NCBI GenBank assembly: GCA_040954595.2
Contig: CM082581.2
Location: 2,968,699 to 3,032,698, forward strand
DNA length: 64,000 nt
Direction of reading: 5' to 3'
From: Balanoglossus misakiensis
Lineage: Eukaryota > Animalia > Hemichordata
Of the stretch, positions 22,001 to 37,000 are shown in pieces. The position numbers and the translations under genes were made by a program. How positions within the stretch are numbered: the stretch's first letter is position 1; every line of letters begins with the position of its first letter. The notes below the pieces were generated by a model. The model had not been told where the DNA came from. It did no database searches and was given only the letters and a program-made list of their open reading frames with translations.

Positions 22001-25000
22001 GTCTTACCCGTCATTGGCACAAACAGTCCCAGGAAGTAAGCTTTCAGCCTACCAATGTAGCTATTATATTTTCCACTTTTTGTAAGTGAAGCCTGACTGT
22101 CGCCTGTCTTAGGTCACCACTTCATAAGCGGTCTTACCCGTCATTGGCACAAACAGTCTCAGGAAGTAAGCTTTCAGCCTACCAATATAGCTATTATATT
22201 TTCCACTTTTTGTAAGTGAAGCCTGACTGTCGCCTGTCTTAGGTCACCACTTCATAAGCGGTCTTACCCGTCATTGGCACAAACAGTCTCAGGAAGTAAG
22301 CTTTCAGCCTACCAATGTAGCTATTATATTTTCCACTTTTTGTAAGTGAAGCCTGACTGTCGCCTGTCTTAGGTCACCACTTCATAAGCGGTCTTACCCG
22401 TCATTGGCACAAACAGTCTCAGGAAGTAAGTTTTCAGCCTACCAATGTAGCTATTATATTTTCCACTTTTTGTAAGTGAAGCCTGACTGTCGCCTGTCTT
22501 AGGTCACCACTTCATAAGAGGTCTTACCCGTCATTGGCACCAACAGTCCCAGGAAGTAAGCTTTCAGCCTACCAATGTAGCTATTATATTTTCCACTTTT
22601 TGTAAGTGAAGCCTGACTGTCGCCTGTCTTAGGTCACCACTTCATAAGCGGTCTTACCCGTCATTGGCACAAACAGTCCCAGGAAGTAAGCTTTCAGCCT
22701 ACCAATGTAGCTATTATATTTTCCACTTTTTGTAAGTGAAGCCTGACTGTCGCCTGTCTTAGGTCACCACTTCATAAGCGGTCTTACCCGTCATTGGCAC
22801 AAACAGTCTCAGGAAGTAAGCTTTCAGCCTACCAATGTAGCTATTATATTTTCCACTTTTTGTAAGTGAAGCCTGACTGTCGCCTGTCTTAGGTCACCAC
22901 TTCATAAGCGGTCATACCCGTCATTGGCACAAACAGTCTCAGGAAGTAAACTTTCAGCCTACCAATATAGCTATTATATTTTCCACTTTTTGGAAGTGAA
23001 GCCTGAATGTCGCCTGTCTTAGGTCACCACTTCATAAGCTGTCTTACCCGTCATTGGCACAAACAGTCTCAGGAAGTAAGCTTTCAGCCTACCAATGTAG
23101 CTATTATATTTTCCACTTTTTGTAAGTGAAGCCTGACTGTCGCCTGTCTTAGGTCACCACTTCATCAGCGGTCTTACCCGTCATTGGCACAAACAGTCCC
23201 AGGAAGTAAGCTTTCAGCCTACCAATGTAGTTATTATATTTTCCACTTTTTGTAAGTGAAGCCTGACTGTCGCCTGTCTTAGGTCACCACTTCATAAGCG
23301 GTCTTACACGTCATTGGCACAAACAGTCTCAGGAAGTAAGCTTTCAGCCTACCAATGTAGCTATTATATTTTCCACTTTTTGTAAGTGAAGCCTGACTGT
23401 CGCCTGTCTTAGGTCACCACTTCATAAGCGGTCTTACCCGTCATTGGCACAAACAGTCTCAGGAAGTAAGCTTTCAGCCTACCAATGTAGCTATTATATT
23501 TTCCACTTTTTGTAAGTGAAGCCTGACTGTCGCCTGTCTTAGGTCACCACTTCATAAGTGGTCTTACCCGTCATTGGCGCAAACAGTCTCAGGAAGTAAG
23601 CTTTCAGCCTACCAATGTAGCTATTATATTTTCCACTTTTTGTAAGTGAAGCCTGACTGTCGCCTGTCTTAGGTCACCACTTCATAAGAGGTCTTACCCG
23701 TCATTGGCACAAACAGTCCCAGGAAGTAAGCTTTCAGCCTAGCTACCAATGTAGCTATTATATTTTCCACTTTTTGTAAGTGAAGCCTGACTGTCACCTG
23801 TCTTAGGTCACCACTTCATAAGAGGTCTTACCCGTCATTGGCACAAACAGTCCCAGGAAGTAAGCTTTCAGCCTACCAATGTAGCTATTATATTTTCCAC
23901 TTTTTGTAAGTGAAGCCTGACTGTCGCCTGTCTTAGGTCACCACTTCATAAGCGGTCTTACCCGTCATTGGCACAAACAGTCCCAGGAAGTAAGCTTTCA
24001 GCCTACCAATGTAGCTATTATATTTTCCACTTTTTGTAAGTGAAGCCTGACTGTCGCCTGTCTTAGGTCACCACTTCATAAGCGGTCTTACCCGTCATTA
24101 GCACAAACAGTCTCAGGAAGTAAGCTTTCAGCCTACCAATGTAGCTATTATATTTTCCACTTTTTGTAAGTGAAGCCTGACTGTCGCCTGTCTTAGGTCA
24201 CCACTTCATAAGCGGTCTTACCCGTCATTGGTACAAACAGTCTCAGGAAGTAAGCTTTCAGCCTACCAATGTAGCTATTATATTTTCCACTTTTTGTAAG
24301 TGAAGCCTGACTGTCGCCTGTCTTAGGTCACCACTTCATAAGCGGTCTTACCCGTCATTGGCACAAACAGTCTCAGGAAGTAAGCTTTCAGCCTACCAAT
24401 GTAGCTATTATATTTTCCACTTTTTGTAAGTGAAGCCTGACTGTCGCCTGTCTTAGGTCACCACTTCATAAGCGGTCTTACCCGTCATTGGCACAAACAG
24501 TCCCAGGAAGTAAGCTTTCAGCCTACCAATGTAGCTATTATATTTTCCACTTTTTGTAAGTGAAGCCTGACTGTCGCCTGTCTTAGGTCACCACTTCATA
24601 AGCGGTCTTACCCGTCATTGGCACAAACAGTCTCAGGAAGTAAGTTTTCAGCCTACCAATGTAGCTATTATATTTTCCACTTTTTGTAAGTGAAGCCTGA
24701 CTGTCGCCTGTCTTAGGTCACCACTTCATAAGCGGTCATACCCGTCATTGGCACAAACAGTCTCAGGAAGTAAACTTTCAGCCTACCAATATAGCTATTA
24801 TATTTTCCACTTTTTGGAAGTGAAGCCTGAATGTCGCCTGTCTTAGGTCACCACTTCATAAGCTGTCTTACCCGTCATTGGCACAAACAGTCTCAGGAAG
24901 TAAGCTTTCAGCCTACCAATGTAGCTATTATATTTTCCACTTTTTGTAAGTGAAGCCTGACTGTCGCCTGTCTTAGGTCACCACTTCATCAGCGGTCTTA

Positions 25001-28000
25001 CCCGTCATTGGCACAAACAGTCCCAGGAAGTAAGCTTTCAGCCTACCAATGTAGTTATTATATTTTCCACTTTTTGTAAGTGAAGCCTGACTGTCGCCTG
25101 TCTTAGGTCACCACTTCATAAGCGGTCTTACACGTCATTGGCACAAACAGTCTCAGGAAGTAAGCTTTCAGCCTACCAATGTAGCTATTATATTTTCCAC
25201 TTTTTGTAAGTGAAGCCTGACTGTCGCCTGTCTTAGGTCACCACTTCATAAGCGGTCTTACCCGTCATTGGCACAAACAGTCTCAGGAAGTAAGCTTTCA
25301 GCCTACCAATGTAGCTATTATATTTTCCACTTTTTGTAAGTGAAGCCTGACTGTCGCCTGTCTTAGGTCACCACTTCATAAGTGGTCTTACCCGTCATTG
25401 GCGCAAACAGTCTCAGGAAGTAAGCTTTCAGCCTACCAATGTAGCTATTATATTTTCCACTTTTTGTAAGTGAAGCCTGACTGTCGCCTGTCTTAGGTCA
25501 CCACTTCATAAGAGGTCTTACCCGTCATTGGCACAAACAGTCCCAGGAAGTAAGCTTTCAGCCTAGCTACCAATGTAGCTATTATATTTTCCACTTTTTG
25601 TAAGTGAAGCCTGACTGTCACCTGTCTTAGGTCACCACTTCATAAGAGGTCTTACCCGTCATTGGCACAAACAGTCCCAGGAAGTAAGCTTTCAGCCTAC
25701 CAATGTAGCTATTATATTTTCCACTTTTTGTAAGTGAAGCCTGACTGTCGCCTGTCTTAGGTCACCACTTCATAAGCGGTCTTACCCGTCATTGGCACAA
25801 ACAGTCCCAGGAAGTAAGCTTTCAGCCTACCAATGTAGCTATTATATTTTCCACTTTTTGTAAGTGAAGCCTGACTGTCGCCTGTCTTAGGTCACCACTT
25901 CATAAGCGGTCTTACCCGTCATTAGCACAAACAGTCTCAGGAAGTAAGCTTTCAGCCTACCAATGTAGCTATTATATTTTCCACTTTTTGTAAGTGAAGC
26001 CTGACTGTCGCCTGTCTTAGGTCACCACTTCATAAGCGGTCTTACCCGTCATTGGCACAAACAGTCTCAGGAAGTAAGCTTTCAGCCTACCAATGTAGCT
26101 ATTATATTTTCCACTTTTTGTAAGTGAAGCCTGACTGTCGCCTGTCTTAGGTCACCACTTCATAAGCGGTCTTACCCGTCATTGGCACAAACAGTCTCAG
26201 GAAGTAAGCTTTCAGCCTACCAATGTAGCTATTATATTTTCCACTTTTTGTAAGTGAAGCCTGACTGTCGCCTGTCTTAGGTCACCACTTCATAAGCGGT
26301 CTTACCCGTCATTGGCACAAACAGTCCCAGGAAGTAAGCTTTCAGCCTACCAATGTAGCTATTATATTTTCCACTTTTTGTAAGTGAAGCCTGACTGTCG
26401 CCTGTCTTAGGTCACCACTTCATAAGCGGTCTTACCCGTCATTGGCACAAACAGTCTCAGGAAGTAAGTTTTCAGCCTACCAATGTAGCTATTATATTTT
26501 CCACTTTTTGTAAGTGAAGCCTGACTGTCGCCTGTCTTAGGTCACCACTTCATAAGCGGTCTTACCCGTCATTGGCACAAACAGTCTCAGGAAGTAAACT
26601 TTCAGCCTACCAATATAGCTATTATATTTTCCACTTTTTGGAAGTGAAGCCTGAATGTCGCCTGTCTTAGGTCACCACTTCATAAGCTGTCTTACCCGTC
26701 ATTGGCACAAACAGTCTCAGGAAGTAAGCTTTCAGCCTACCAATGTAGCTATTATATTTTCCACTTTTTGTAAGTGAAGCCTGACTGTCGCCTGTCTTAG
26801 GTCACCACTTCATAAGCGGTCTTACCCGTCATTGGCACAAACAGTCCCAGGAAGTAAGCTTTCAGCCTAGCTACCAATGTAGCTATTATATTTTCCACTT
26901 TTTGTAAGTGAAGCCTGACTGTCACCTGTCTTAGGTCACCACTTCATTAGAGGTCTTACCCGTCATTGGCACAAACAGTCCCAGGAAGTAAGCTTTCAGC
27001 CTACCAATGTAGCTATTATATTTTCCACTTTTTGTAAGTGAAGCCTGACTGTCGCCTGTCTTAGGTCACCACTTCATAAGCGGTCTTACCCGTCATTGGC
27101 ACAAACAGTCCCAGGAAGTAAGCTTTCAGCCTACCAATGTAGCTATTATATTTTCCACTTTTTGTAAGTGAAGCCTGACTGTCGCCTGTCTTAGGTCACC
27201 ACTTCATAAGCGGTCTTACCCGTCATTGGCACAAACAGTCTCAGGAAGTAAGCTTTCAGCCTACCAATGTAGCTATTATATTTTCCACTTTTTGTAAGTG
27301 AAGCCTGACTGTCGCCTGTCTTAGGTCACCACTTCATAAGCGGTCTTACCCGTCATTGGCACAAACAGTCTCAGGAAGTAAGCTTTCAGCCTACCAATGT
27401 AGCTATTATATTTTCCACTTTTTGTAAGTGAAGCCTGACTGTCGCCTGTCTTAGGTCACCACTTCATAAGCGGTCTTACCAGTCATTGGCACAAACAGTC
27501 TCAGGAAGTAAGCTTTCAGCCTACCAATGTAGCTATTATATTTTCCACTTTTTGTAAGTGAAGCCTGACTGTCGCCTGTCTTAGGTCACCACTTCATAAG
27601 CGGTCTTACCCGTCATTGGCACAAACAGTCCCAGGAAGTAAGCTTTCAGCCTACCAATGTAGCTATTATATTTTCCACTTTTTGTAAGTGAAGCCTGACT
27701 GTCGCCTGTCTTAGGTCACCACTTCATAAGCGGTCTTACCCGTCATTGGCACAAACAGTCTCAGGAAGTAAGCTTTCAGCCTACCAATGTAGCTATTATA
27801 TTTTCCACTTTTTGTAAGTGAAGCCTGACTGTCGCCTGTCTTAGGTCACCACTTCATAAGCGGTCTTACCCGTCATTGGCACAAACAGTCTCAGGAAGTA
27901 AACTTTCAGCCTACCAATATAGCTATTATATTTTCCACTTTTTGGAAGTGAAGCCTGAATGTCGCCTGTCTTAGGTCACCACTTCATAAGCTGTCTTACC

Positions 28001-31000
28001 CGTCATTGGCACAAACAGTCTCAGGAAGTAAGCTTTCAGCCTACCAATGTAGCTATTATATTTTCCACTTTTTGTAAGTGAAGCCTGACTGTCGCCTGTC
28101 TTAGGTCACCACTTCATAAGCGGTCTTACCCGTCATTGGCACAAACAGTCCCAGGAAGTAAGCTTTCAGCCTACCAATGTAGCTATTATATTTTCCACTT
28201 TTTGTAAGTGAAGCCTGACTGTCGCCTGTCTTAGGTCACCACTTCATAAGCGGTCTTACACGTCATTGGCACAAACAGTCCCAGGAAGTAAGCTTTCAGC
28301 CTAGCTACCAATGTAGCTATTATATTTTCCACTTTTTGTAAGTGAAGCCTGACTGTCGCCTGTCTTAGGTCACCACTTCATAAGCGGTCTTACCCGTCAT
28401 TGGCACAAACAGTCTCAGGAAGTAAGCTTTCAGCCTACCAATGTAGCTATTATATTTTCCACTTTTTGTAAGTGAAGCCTGACTGTCGCCTGTCTTAGGT
28501 CACCACTTCATAAGTGGTCTTACCCGTCATTGGCGCAAACAGTCTCAGGAAGTAAGCTTTCAGCCTACCAATGTAGCTATTATATTTTCCACTTTTTGTA
28601 AGTGAAGCCTGACTGTCGCCTGTCTTAGGTCACCACTTCATAAGAGGTCTTACCCGTCATTGGCACAAACAGTCCCAGGAAGTAAGCTTTCAGCCTAGCT
28701 ACCAATGTAGCTATTATATTTTCCACTTTTTGTAAGTGAAGCCTGACTGTCACCTGTCTTAGGTCACCACTTCATAAGATGTCTTACCCGTCATTGGCAC
28801 AAACAGTCCCAGGAAGTAAGCTTTCAGCCTACCAATGTAGCTATTATATTTTCCACTTTTTGTAAGTGAAGCCTGACTGTCGCCTGTCTTAGGTCACCAC
28901 TTCATAAGCGGTCTTACCCGTCATTGGCACAAACAGTCTCAGGAAGTAAGCTTTCAGCCTACCAATATAGCTATTATATTTTCCACTTTTTGTAAGTGAA
29001 GCCTGACTGTCGCCTGTCTTAGGTCACCACTTCATAAGAGGTCTTACCCGTCATTGGCACAAACAGTCCCAGGAAGTAAGCTTTCAGCCTAGCTACCAAT
29101 GTAGCTATTATATTTTCCACTTTTTGTAAGTGAAGCCTGACTGTCGCCGGTCTTAGGTCACCACTTCATAAGCGGTCTTACCCGTCATTGGCACAAACAG
29201 TCCCAGGAAGTAAGCTTTCAGCCTACCAATGTAGCTATTATATTTTCCACTTTTTGTAAGTGAAGCCTGACTGTCGCCGGTCTTAGGTCACCACTTCATA
29301 AGCGGTCTTACCCGTCATTGGCACAAACAGTCTCAGGAAGTAAGCTTTCAGCCTACCAATATAGCTATTATATTTTCCACTTTTTGTAAGTGAAGCCTGA
29401 CTGTCGCCTGTCTTAGGTCACCACTTCATAAGCGGTCTTACCCGTCATTGGCACAAACAGTCCCAGGAAGTAAGCTTTCAGCCTAGCTACCAATGTAGCT
29501 ATTATATTTTCCACTTTTTGTAAGTGAAGCCTGACTGTCGCCTGTCTTAGGTCACCACTTCATAAGAGGTCTTACCCGTCATTGGCACAAACAGTCCCAG
29601 GAAGTAAGCTTTCAGCCTACCAATGTAGCTATTATATTTTCCACTTTTTGTAAGTGAAGCCTGACTGTCGCCTGTCTTAGGTCACCACTTCATAAGCGGT
29701 CTTACCCGTCATTGGCACAAACAGTCTCAGGAAGTAAGCTTTCAGCCTACCAATATAGCTATTATATTTTCCACTTTTTGTAAGTGAAGCCTGACTGTCG
29801 CCTGTCTTAGGTCACCACTTCATAAGCGGTCTTACCCGTCATTGGCACAAACAGTCCCAGGAAGTAAGCTTTCAGCCTAGCTACCAATGTAGCTATTATA
29901 TTTTCCACTTTTTGTAAGTGAAGCCTGACTGTCGCCGGTCTTAGGTCACCACTTCATAAGCGGTCTTACCCGTCATTGGCACAAACAGTCCCAGGAAGTA
30001 AGCTTTCAGCCTACCAATGTAGCTATTATATTTTCCACTTTTTGTAAGTGAAGCCTGACTGTCGCCGGTCTTAGGTCACCACTTCATAAGCGGTCTTACC
30101 CGTCATTGGCACAAACAGTCTCAGGAAGTAAGCTTTCAGCCTACCAATATAGCTATTATATTTTCCACTTTTTGTAAGTGAAGCCTGACTGTCGCCTGTC
30201 TTAGGTCACCACTTCATAAGCGGTCTTACCCGTCATTGGCACAAACAGTCCCAGGAAGTAAGCTTTCAGCCTAGCTACCAATGTAGCTATTATATTTTCC
30301 ACTTTTTGTAAGTGAAGCCTGACTGTCGCCGGTCTTAGGTCACCACTTCATAAGCGGTCTTACCCGTCATTGGCACAAACAGTCCCAGGAAGTAAGCTTT
30401 CAGCCTACCAATGTAGCTATTATATTTTCCACTTTTTGTAAGTGAAGCCTGACTGTCGCCTGTCTTAGGTCACCACTTCATAAGCGGTCTTACCCGTCAT
30501 TGGCACAAACAGTCTCAGGAAGTAAGCTTTCAGCCTACCAATATAGCTATTATATTTTCCACTTTTTGTAAGTGAAGCCTGACTGTCGCCTGTCTTAGGT
30601 CACCACTTCATAAGAGGTCTTACCCGTCATTGGCACAAACAGTCCCAGGAAGTAAGCTTTCAGCCTACCAATGTAGCTATTATATTTTCCACTTTTTGTA
30701 AGTGAAGCCTGACTGTCGCCTGTCTTAGGTCACCACTTCATAAGAGGTCTTACCCGTCATTGGCACAAACAGTCCCAGGAAGTAAGCTTTCAGCCTACCA
30801 ATGTAGCTATTATATTTTCCACTTTTTGTAAGTGAAGCCTGACTGTCGCCTGTCTTAGGTCACCACTTCATAAGCGGTCTTACCCGTCATTGGCACAAAC
30901 AGTCTCAGGAAGTAAGCTTTCAGCCTACCAATATAGCTATTATATTTTCCACTTTTTGTAAGTGAAGCCTGACTGTCGCCTGTCTTAGGTCACCACTTCA

Positions 31001-34000
31001 TAAGCGGTCTTACCCGTCATTGGCACAAACAGTCCCAGGAAGTAAGCTTTCAGCCTAGCTACCAATGTAGCTATTATATTTTCCACTTTTTGAAAGTGAA
31101 GCCTGACTGTCGCCTGTCTTAGGTCACCACTTCATAAGAGGTCTTACCCGTCATTGACACAAACAGTCCCAGGAAGTAAGCTTTCAGCCTACCAATGTAG
31201 CTATTATATTTTCCACTTTTTGTAAGTGAAGCCTGACTGTCGCCTGTCTTAGGTCACCACTTCATAAGCGGTCTTACCCGTCATTGGCACAAACAGTCTC
31301 AGGAAGTAAGCTTTCAGCCTACCAATATAGCTATTATATTTTCCACTTTTTGTAAGTGAAACCTGACTGTCGCCTGTCTTAGGTCACCACTTCATAAGCG
31401 GTCTTACCCGTCATTGGCACAAACAGTCTCAGGAAGTAAGCTTTCAGCCTACCAATATAGCTATTATATTTTCCACTTTTTGTAAGTGAAGCCTGACTGT
31501 CGCCTGTCTTAGGTCACCACTTCATAAGAGGTCTTACCCGTCATTGGCACAAACAGTCCCAGGAAGTAAGCTTTCAGCCTACCAATGTAGCTATTATATT
31601 TTCCACTTTTTGTAAGTGAAGCCTGACTGTCGCCTGTCTTAGGTCACCACTTCATAAGAGGTCTTACCCGTCATTGGCACAAACAGTCCCAGGAAGTAAG
31701 CTTTCAGCCTACCAATGTAGCTATTATATTTTCCACTTTTTGTAAGTGAAGCCTGACTGTCGCCTGTCTTAGGTCACCACTTCATAAGCGGTCTTACCCG
31801 TCATTGGCACAAACAGTCTCAGGAAGTAAGCTTTCAGCCTACCAATATAGCTATTATATTTTCCACTTTTTGTAAGTGAAGCCTGACTGTCGCCTGTCTT
31901 AGGTCACCACTTCATAAGCGGTCTTACCCGTCATTGGCACAAACAGTCCCAGGAAGTAAGCTTTCAGCCTAGCTACCAATGTAGCTATTATATTTTCCAC
32001 TTTTTGAAAGTGAAGCCTGACTGTCGCCTGTCTTAGGTCACCACTTCATAAGAGGTCTTACCCGTCATTGACACAAACAGTCCCAGGAAGTAAGCTTTCA
32101 GCCTACCAATGTAGCTATTATATTTTCCACTTTTTGTAAGTGAAGCCTGACTGTCGCCTGTCTTAGGTCACCACTTCATAAGCGGTCTTACCCGTCATTG
32201 GCACAAACAGTCTCAGGAAGTAAGCTTTCAGCCTACCAATATAGCTATTATATTTTCCACTTTTTGTAAGTGAAACCTGACTGTCGCCTGTCTTAGGTCA
32301 CCACTTCATAAGCGGTCTTACCCGTCATTGGCACAAACAGTCTCAGGAAGTAAGCTTTCAGCCTACCAATGTAGCTATTATATTTTCCACTTTTTGTAAG
32401 TGAAGCCTGACTGTCTCCTGTCTTAGGTCACCACTTCATAAGCGGTCTTACCCGTCATTGGCACAAACAGTCTCAGGAAGTAAGCTTTCAGCCTACCAAT
32501 GTAGCTATTATATTTTCCACTTTTTGTAAGTGAAGCCTGACTGTCGCCTGTCTTAGGTCACCACTTCATAAGAGGTCTTACCCGTCATTGGCACAAACAG
32601 TCTCAGGAAGTAAGCTTTCAGCCTACCAATGTAGCTATTATATTTTCCACTTTTTGTAAGTGAAGCCTGACTGTCGCCTGTCTTAGGTCACCACTTCATA
32701 AGCGGTCTTACCCGTCATTGGCACAAACAGTCCCAGGAAGTAAGCTTTCAGCCTACCAATGTAGCTATTATATTTTCCACTTTTTGTAAGTGAAGCCTGA
32801 CTGTCGCCTGTCTTAGGTCACCACTTCATAAGCGGTCTTACCCGTCATTGGCACAAACAGTCTCAGGAAGTAAGCTTTCAGCCTACCAATGTAGCTATTA
32901 TATTTTCCACTTTTTGTAAGTGAAGCCTGACTGTCGCCTGTCTTAGGTCACCACTTCATAAGCGGTCTTACCCGTCATTGGCACAAACAGTCTCAGGAAG
33001 TAAGCTTTCAGCCTACCAATGTAGCTATTATATTTTACACTTTTTGTAAGTGAAACCTGACTGTCGCCTGTCTTAGGTCACCACTTCATAAGCGGTCTTA
33101 CCCGTCATTGGCACAAACAGTCTCAGGAAGTAAGCTTTCAGCCTACCAATGTAGCTATTATATTTTCCACTTTTTGTAAGTGAAGCCTGACTGTCGCCTA
33201 TCTTAGGTCACCACTTCATAAGAGGTCTTACCCGTCATTGGCACAAACAGTCCCAGGAAGTAAGCTTTTAGCCTAGCTACCAATGTAGCTATTATATTTT
33301 CCACTTTTTGTAAGTGAAGCCTGACTGTCGCCTGTCTTAGGTCACCACTTCATAAGCGGTCTTACCCGTCATTGGCACAAACAGTCTCAGGAAGTAAGCT
33401 TTCAGCCTACCAATATAGCTATTATATTTTTCACTTTTTGTAAGTGAAGCCTAACTGTCGCCTGTCTTAGGTCACCACTTCATAAGCGGTCTTACCCGTC
33501 ATTGGCACAAACAGTCTCAGGAAGTAAGCTTTCAGCCTACCAATATAGCTATTATATTTTCCACTTTTTGTAAGTGAAGCCTGACTGTCGCCTGTCTTAG
33601 GTCACCACTTCATAAGCGGTCTTACCCGTCATTGGCACAAACAGTCTCAGGAAGTAAGCTTTCAGCCTACCAATGTAGCTATTATATTTTCCACTTTTTG
33701 TAAGTGAAGCCTGACTGTCGCCTGTCTTAGGTCACCACTTCATAAGCGGTCTTACCCGTCATTGGCACAAACAGTCCCAGGAAGTAAGCTTTCAGCCTAC
33801 CAATGTTGCTATTATATTTTCCACTTTTTGTAAGTGAAGCCTGACTGTCGCCTGTCTTAGGTCACCACTTCATAAGCGGTCTTACCCGTCATTGGCACAA
33901 ACAGTCTCAGGAAGTAAGCTTTCAGCCTACCAATGTAGCTATTATATTTTCCACTTTTTGTAAGTGAAGCCTGACTGTCGCCTGTCTTAGGTCACCACTT

Positions 34001-37000
34001 CATAAGCGGTCTTACCCGTCATTGGCACAAACAGTCTCAGGAAGTAAGCTTTCAGCCTACCAATGTAGCTATTATATTTTCCACTTTTTGTAAGTGAAGC
34101 CTGACTGTCGCCTGTCTTAGGTCACCACTTCATAAGCGGTCTTACCCGTCATTGGCACAAACAGTCTCAGGAAGTAAGCTTTCAGCCTACCAATATAGCT
34201 ATTATATTTTCCACTTTTTGGAAGTGAAGCCTGACTGCCGCCTGTCTTAGGTCACCACTTCATAAGCGGTCTTACCCGTCATTGGCACAAACAGTCCCAG
34301 GAAGTAAGCTTTCAGCCTACCAATGTTGCTATTATATTTTTCCACTTTTTGTAAGTGAAGCCTGACTGTCGCCTGTCTTAGGTCACCACTTCATAAGCGG
34401 TCTTACCCGTCATTGGCACAAACAGTCTCAGGAAGTAAGCTTTCAGCCTACCAATGTAGCTATTATATTTTCCACTTTTTGTAAGTGAAGCCTGACTGTC
34501 GCCTGTCTTAGGTCACCACTTCATAAGCGGTCTTACCCGTCATTGGCACAAACAGTCTCAGGAAGTAAGCTTTCAGCCTACCAATGTAGCTATTATATTT
34601 TCCACTTTTTGTAAGTGAAGCCTGACTGTCGCCTGTCTTAGGTCACCACTTCATAAGAGGTCTTACCCGTCATTGGCACAAACAGTCTCAGGAAGTAAGC
34701 TTTCAGCCTACCAATGTAGCTATTATATTTTCCACTTTTTGTAAGTGAAGCCTGACTGTCGCCTGTCTTAGGTCACCACTTCATAAGCGGTCTTACCCGT
34801 CATTGGCACAAACAGTCCCAGGAAGTAAGCTTTCAGCCTACCAATGTAGCTATTATATTTTCCACTTTTTGTAAGTGAAGCCTGACTGTCGCCTGTCTTA
34901 GGTCACCACTTCATAAGCGGTCTTACCCGTCATTGGCACAAACAGTCTCAGGAAGTAAGCTTTCAGCCTACCAATGTAGCTATTATATTTTCCACTTTTT
35001 GTAAGTGAAGCCTGACTGTCGCCTGTCTTAGGTCACCACTTCATAAGCGGTCTTACCCGTCATTGGCACAAACAGTCTCAGGAAGTAAGCTTTCAGCCTA
35101 CCAATGTAGCTATTATATTTTCCACTTTTTGTAAGTGAAGCCTGACTGTCGCCTGTCTTAGGTCACCACTTCATAAGCGATCTTACCCGTCATTGGCACA
35201 AACAGTCTCAGGAAGTAAGCTTTCAGCCTACCAATGTAGCTATTATATTTTCCACTTTTTGTAAGTGAAGCCTGACAGTCGCTTGTCTTAGGTCACCACT
35301 TCATAAGAGGTCTTACCCGTCATTGGCACAAACAGTCTCAGGAAGTAAGCTTTCAGCCTACCAATGTAGCTATTATATTTTCCACTTTTTGTAAGTGAAG
35401 CCTGACTGTCGCCTGTCTTAGGTCACCACTTCATAAGCGGTCTTACCCGTCATTGGCACAAACAGTCTCAGGAAGTAAGCTTTCAGCCTACCAATGTAGC
35501 TATTATATTTTCCACTTTTTGTAAGTGAAGCCTGACTGTCGCCTGTCTTAGGTCACCACTTCATAAGCGGTCTTACCCGTCATTGGCACAAACAGTCTCA
35601 GGAAGTAAGCTTTCAGCCTACCAATATAGCTATTATATTTTCCACTTTTTGGAAGTGAAGCCTGACTGTCGCCTGTCTTAGGTCACCACTTCATAAGCGG
35701 TCTTACCCGTCATTGGCACAAACAGTCTCAGGAAGTAAGCTTTCACCCTACCAATGTAGCTATTATATTTTCCACTTTTTGTAAGTGAAGCCTGACTGTC
35801 GCCTGTCTTAGGTCACCACTTCATAAGCGGTCTTACCCGTCATTGGCACAAACAGTCTCAGGAAGTAAGCTTTCAGCCTACCAATGTAGCTATTATATTT
35901 TCCACTTTTTGTAAGTGAAGCCCTACAGTCGCTTGTCTTAGGTCACCACTTCATAAGAGGTCTTACCCGTCATTGGCACAAACAGTCTCAGGAAGTAAGC
36001 TTTCAGCCTACCAATGTAGCTATTATATTTTCCACTTTTTGTAAGTGAAGCCTGACTGTCGCCTGTCTTAGGTCACCACTTCATAAGCGGTCTTACCCGT
36101 CATTGGCACAAACAGTCTCAGGAAGTAAGCTTTCAGCCTACCAATATAGCTATTATATTTTCCACTTTTTGGAAGTGAAGCCTGACTGTCGCCTGTCTTA
36201 GGTCACCACTTCATAAGCGGTCTTACCCGTCATTGGCACAAACAGTCCCAGGAAGTAAGCTTTCAGCCTACCAATGTAGCTATTATATTTTCCACTTTTT
36301 GTAAGTGAAGCCTGACTGTCGCCTGTCTTAGGTCACCACTTCATAAGCGGTCTTACCCGTCATTGGCACAAACAGTCTCAGGAAGTAAGCTTTCAGCCTA
36401 CCAATGTAGCTATTATATTTTCCACTTTTTGTAAGTGAAGCCCTACAGTCGCTTGTCTTAGGTCACCACTTCATAAGAGGTCTTACCCGTCATTGGCACA
36501 AACAGTCTCAGGAAGTAAGCTTTCAGCCTACCAATGTAGCTATTATATTTTCCACTTTTTGTAAGTGAAGCCTGACTGTCGCCTGTCTTAGGTCACCACT
36601 TCATAAGCGGTCTTACCCGTCATTGGCACAAACAGTCTCAGGAAGTAAGCTTTCAGCCTACCAATATAGCTATTATATTTTCCACTTTTTGGAAGTGAAG
36701 CCTGACTGTCGCCTGTCTTAGGTCACCACTTCATAAGCGGTCTTACCCGTCATTGGCACAAACAGTCCCAGGAAGTAAGCTTTCAGCCTACCAATGTAGC
36801 TATTATATTTTCCACTTTTTGTAAGTGAAGCCTGACTGTCGCCTGTCTTAGGTCACCACTTCATAAGCGGTCTTACCCGTCATTGGCACAAACAGTCTCA
36901 GGAAGTAAGCTTTCAGCCTACCAATGTAGCTATTATATTTTCCACTTTTTGTAAGTGAAGCCTGACAGTCGCTTGTCTTAGGTCACCACTTCATAAGAGG

